Shown here: positions 60,957 to 64,000 of the stretch, piece by piece
Position numbering within the stretch: the first letter of the stretch is position 1
How the letters are laid out: each line of letters opens with the position of its first letter
NCBI GenBank assembly: GCA_965230895.1
Contig: OZ246394.1
Span: 1,313,887 to 1,377,886, forward strand
DNA: 64,000 nucleotides
DNA from: an uncultured Gammaproteobacteria bacterium
Lineage (GTDB): Bacteria; Patescibacteriota; Microgenomatia; Levybacterales; UBA12049
Reading direction: 5' to 3'
Notes under the pieces: generated by a model
What the model was told of the DNA's origin: nothing
Seen by the model: only the letters and a program-made list of their open reading frames with translations
Database searches by the model: none
Position numbers and translations under genes: made by a program

Positions 60957-61730
60957 TTATATTGTTGGCTCAGGAAGTATCTGCCAAATGAAGTCGAAAA
61001 GCTTTTTGGAATTCATATAATAATCTTTATTGTATAAAACAACCCCAGTTACTTTATCGCCAGCATTAATGATAGCCACTTTATTGTCATAAATAACAAT
61101 CCCCGGAGAATTTAATCCTACAGAAGTTGGCATGAATTTGTAAAAGTATCTATTGCTTTTTGCTGTGTAGTTAAACTTTTTAATGGCACTTGGTGAATCT
61201 CCGTAAACCTCGTAGATTCTTAATTCAGGATTCCGTTTCAATGCATTGTCAAAAAGATCAGGATCATTAGGGAAAAGAGGAGCAATCTCTGAGAGTGTGC
61301 AGAATATTTTAATTTCTTTTGACTTGAACATATCTTCATAGATAGCTCTCATCCCATTGATACCATTATAATGTTTCACATCCACCTTCATTGCGTTGTC
61401 AGGTTTTGTCGAGGAGGTTTCTAGAGCGTTTACGAAAGTAGGGAATTGCGCTTGAAGAGATTTAACGGCTTCCACTTTTCTGTCAATTAAATAATGTAGC
61501 CTATCAGGCTCAATTGCTACAAGTTGCTTTTTTGAACCGCGCATTATTGAAAGAATGGCTCCATTTTCGAGGAGTGAAGTAATATGTGTATACGTTGCTG
61601 TACGGTTGATCTTCACTGCATCGGCAAGTTCCTTGACGCTCATTGGTCCAAGCGAGAGTAAAGTCAGATATAGTTTTGCTTCAAGTTTGGAGAAACCTAA
61701 TTGCTCTAAATAAGTAATTGTGCTTTTCAT
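60957..61730 (-). CDS. TrmB-family transcriptional regulator
   Basis: N-terminal winged HTH LEQLGFSKLEAKLYLTLLSLGPMSVKELADAVKINRTATY. It is paralogous to the 62092-62877 gene. Confidence 0.7.
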   Translation of the reverse strand: MKSTITYLEQLGFSKLEAKLYLTLLSLGPMSVKELADAVKINRTATYTHITSLLENGAILSIMRGSKKQLVAIEPDRLHYLIDRKVEAVKSLQAQFPTFVNALETSSTKPDNAMKVDVKHYNGINGMRAIYEDMFKSKEIKIFCTLSEIAPLFPNDPDLFDNALKRNPELRIYEVYGDSPSAIKKFNYTAKSNRYFYKFMPTSVGLNSPGIVIYDNKVAIINAGDKVTGVVLYNKDYYMNSKKLFDFIWQILPEPTI

Positions 61731-61886
61731 GGGTGATGCGAGTATATCATAAAATTTAATTGTTGTCAGAGATCTGACGACATAGAGAGCTAAAGTTTAG
61801 ATTGTTAAATCAGTTAAATTAATATTTTAATACAAAAGTGTAAACAGAGATTTGACAGGATTTTATTTCAAAAATATAATCATTTT

Positions 61887-62099
61887 ATGAGCAAAACAAA
61901 GCCTGTCTATTCAATAAAATCAAACCTCACGCCTCACAACGCAGCGGAAAAGGGATATAGATTTGTAGATGATGTTCCTGATCTTCGCAAGATCTTAAAC
62001 GAAGTTTTGTCAATTGCTTCAGAAAATGGTTATGTGCTGGGTTCAGCGAAAGATGAGAACAGAATAGGGTTGTACCAAAAGATTGAAGAGGTTATTTGA
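61887..62099 (+). CDS. Small hypothetical protein
   Basis: A 70-aa ORF between the two TrmB paralogs. Weak. Confidence 0.3.
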   Translation: MSKTKPVYSIKSNLTPHNAAEKGYRFVDDVPDLRKILNEVLSIASENGYVLGSAKDENRIGLYQKIEEVI

Positions 62100-62877
62100 T
62101 TTCGGGTTCAGGTAAGAGTCTCCAGAGAAGATCAAAGATTTGTTTAGAATTCTCATAGTATGCCTTATTATGAATTACTACACCAGTAATATTATTTTTA
62201 TCTGCGATATTGATAATTGCCACTTTGCCGTCATAGATTAATATATCGTTAGCAGTTAATTTGATATCATCTGGCAAAAATTTAAATAAATGCCTTCCAG
62301 CTAATTGTAATTCTTTTATATGGTTTAAAGCTGCTTCAGACTTTTGAACCAATTCATACACAAACATTTTGTTGTTTTTTGCTATAGCCTTATTAAACTT
62401 CTCACTGTTTTCTGGAAACGCTCGTTTTAAGTCCTTTGCATCAAAATAAGCTCGGATAGTATCAGACTTAAGTAGATCATTGTAGATGGCGTTTACACTA
62501 TTTTTTCCTTTGTAATATTTAATATCTGATTCTGATTGACCATGAGCTTGCATAAATGATTCATTCAATGTTGTTACAATCGGGAAGAGTTGTTCTTTGA
62601 GCATGTTTGCTTCACTGAGTTTTTCATCTACAAGATAATGGAGCTGCTCTGGTGGATTTGCAGTTATCTGTTTGGAAGCACCTTTGGATGTTGAAATTAA
62701 CCCTCTCTCAAGTAATGTGCTCACATATCCATATGCCGCAGTCCTATTAATTTTTGCTTTTTGAGCTAGTTCGGAGACTGTCATTGAGCCTTTAGGAAGG
62801 AGAAGGAGATATAACTTGGCTTCAGTTTCTGAAAGATCAAGCTTTTTTAAATAATTAATAATTGTTCGTACCAACAT
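62092..62877 (-). CDS. TrmB-family transcriptional regulator (paralog)
   Basis: LKKLDLSETEAKLYLLLLPKGSMTVSELAQKAKINRTAAY. The architecture matches the 60957-61730 gene. Confidence 0.7.
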   Translation of the reverse strand: MLVRTIINYLKKLDLSETEAKLYLLLLPKGSMTVSELAQKAKINRTAAYGYVSTLLERGLISTSKGASKQITANPPEQLHYLVDEKLSEANMLKEQLFPIVTTLNESFMQAHGQSESDIKYYKGKNSVNAIYNDLLKSDTIRAYFDAKDLKRAFPENSEKFNKAIAKNNKMFVYELVQKSEAALNHIKELQLAGRHLFKFLPDDIKLTANDILIYDGKVAIINIADKNNITGVVIHNKAYYENSKQIFDLLWRLLPEPEIK

Positions 62878-62933
62878 GAAAAGGAGGACAGAAGCTTGCC
62901 AAAAAGAAAGTTCTAGATTAAAATGGAATTACT

Positions 62934-64000
62934 ATGGACACGTATGACCATTTAATCCTCGGTGGAGGATCTATTGGCATGGCTATTGCCTTTAAATTAG
63001 CAAGTAAACTAAAGAATAGCAAAATAGCAATTATAGACTATCATAATGGATCAGCTGCGTCAAGCGCGGCTGGGGCTATGCTGGGGTGTTTTGGAGAAGT
63101 CACCAAATATACTTTTGGGCATCCTGCTCATCGTGACAAATTTGATCTCATGTATGCTGCACATAAAGCTTGGCCCAACTGGATGAAAGAATTAGAGTCT
63201 GCTTCCGGCAAAAAAATATGGCATACCCCTGGAACAAATATTATCCTTAATACGCAAGGTGGAGGACTTGATGAAGACAACTTTGAAGCAATTATAAAAG
63301 CCCTGAAGCAATATAATGAACCTTTTGAGGAAATAAACCCCAAAAGCATTGAAGGATTAGATGCTGCCTCATTTGCGAAACCCCTTCGTGCAATAAGGAT
63401 AAAAGAAGGTGCAGTGAACAGTAATCAGTATTTAGATGTCCTCCGGACTGCATGCGAAAAAAAGAACGTGCAATTTATAAATGGTAAAGTTGATAATATC
63501 GTCAAAAATAATAATTTATATACGATTAAATCTGATTCTGGAAATATTACTACAAAGAATGTTGTTCTTGCGACTGGTTCTTTTTCTCATGAGCTTTTAA
63601 AGAATAGTAATCTTGGAGTGGATATCATGCCAATTATGGCTGGCGTAGGCTTTGCTATGGTAACAGAAACAAGAGGAACAGCATTCAAGCATACTACTCG
63701 TGTAGCGAATCGTTCTGGTTCTTGTGGATTACATTTAATACCTTATGGTAGAAAGGAATATATTGGGGCAACCAATGTCATCCATACGGACCCACAAAAT
63801 CAATTTAATCCCGGAATGAATGTATTTTTAAGTAAATGTGCTATCGAACAGTTAAAAAGAGATTTATTCTGGTCCAAGGTCGAAGAATACAAAATAGGGA
63901 ATAGACCAATTGCGCTTGATACATTTCCCTTAATTGGTAAAACAAGTCTTAAAGGATTTTTTGTAGCAACAGGAACATACAGAGACGGATTCCATTGCTC
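62934..64000 (+). CDS. FAD-dependent oxidoreductase (DAO family, glycine/D-amino-acid oxidase-like). It is partial and runs off the window end.
   Basis: ATG at 62934, N-terminal dinucleotide-binding motif LILGGGSIGMAIAF, and an open frame to position 64000. It is missing from the ORF track because it is edge-truncated. Confidence 0.8.
   Translation, partial: MDTYDHLILGGGSIGMAIAFKLASKLKNSKIAIIDYHNGSAASSAAGAMLGCFGEVTKYTFGHPAHRDKFDLMYAAHKAWPNWMKELESASGKKIWHTPGTNIILNTQGGGLDEDNFEAIIKALKQYNEPFEEINPKSIEGLDAASFAKPLRAIRIKEGAVNSNQYLDVLRTACEKKNVQFINGKVDNIVKNNNLYTIKSDSGNITTKNVVLATGSFSHELLKNSNLGVDIMPIMAGVGFAMVTETRGTAFKHTTRVANRSGSCGLHLIPYGRKEYIGATNVIHTDPQNQFNPGMNVFLSKCAIEQLKRDLFWSKVEEYKIGNRPIALDTFPLIGKTSLKGFFVATGTYRDGFHC

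Overview
The window is AT-rich bacterial DNA with small housekeeping genes packed closely together. Everything coding is readable in the standard genetic code (conserved genes such as atpD, ftsH and murD are full length), which would fit a small-genome, CPR/Patescibacteria-like organism, though that is only an inference.

The dominant feature is a single giant gene on the minus strand. It starts at 29897 and runs past position 1 without a stop, so at least 9,965 codons lie inside the window. Its N-terminus is an excisionase/MerR-like helix-turn-helix followed by one transmembrane helix. After that comes about 1,600 aa of non-periodic ectodomain, then at least 22 tandem repeats of roughly 350-370 aa (about 1.05-1.1 kb each) that are rich in Gly, Thr, Asn and Ala. 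Each repeat carries a conserved Cys pair (C..D.....KC) followed by a LQSAY.GGNTI motif. The plus-strand ORFs that the six-frame track lists between 226 and 26106 are antisense or wrong-frame readings of this gene. The giant ORF itself is absent from the track only because it runs off the window edge.

The rest of the window, in order:
- A 1.4 kb AT-rich spacer (29898-31318).
- An F-type ATP synthase operon on the minus strand in the order atpF, atpH, atpA, atpG, atpD, atpC. No atpB or atpE genes are adjacent. Instead, an unusual secreted, membrane-anchored protein sits immediately upstream of atpF.
- Secreted CAP-domain and Rpf-like proteins whose signal peptides share the same ending.
- A putative glycosyltransferase, a PAS sensor histidine kinase with no response regulator next to it, a PQQ sugar dehydrogenase, a cluster of small DUF proteins, uppP and ftsB.
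- A Xer-type recombinase next to a tRNA, followed by hypothetical, XRE, RadC and an Ala/Arg-rich hypothetical gene, then a pseudo-tRNA-like element and tRNA-Met. This looks like a small integrated element.
- murD, ftsH, a standalone 5'-3' exonuclease, a HAD hydrolase, a GT4 glycosyltransferase, fpg, two paralogous TrmB regulators, and an edge-truncated FAD oxidoreductase.
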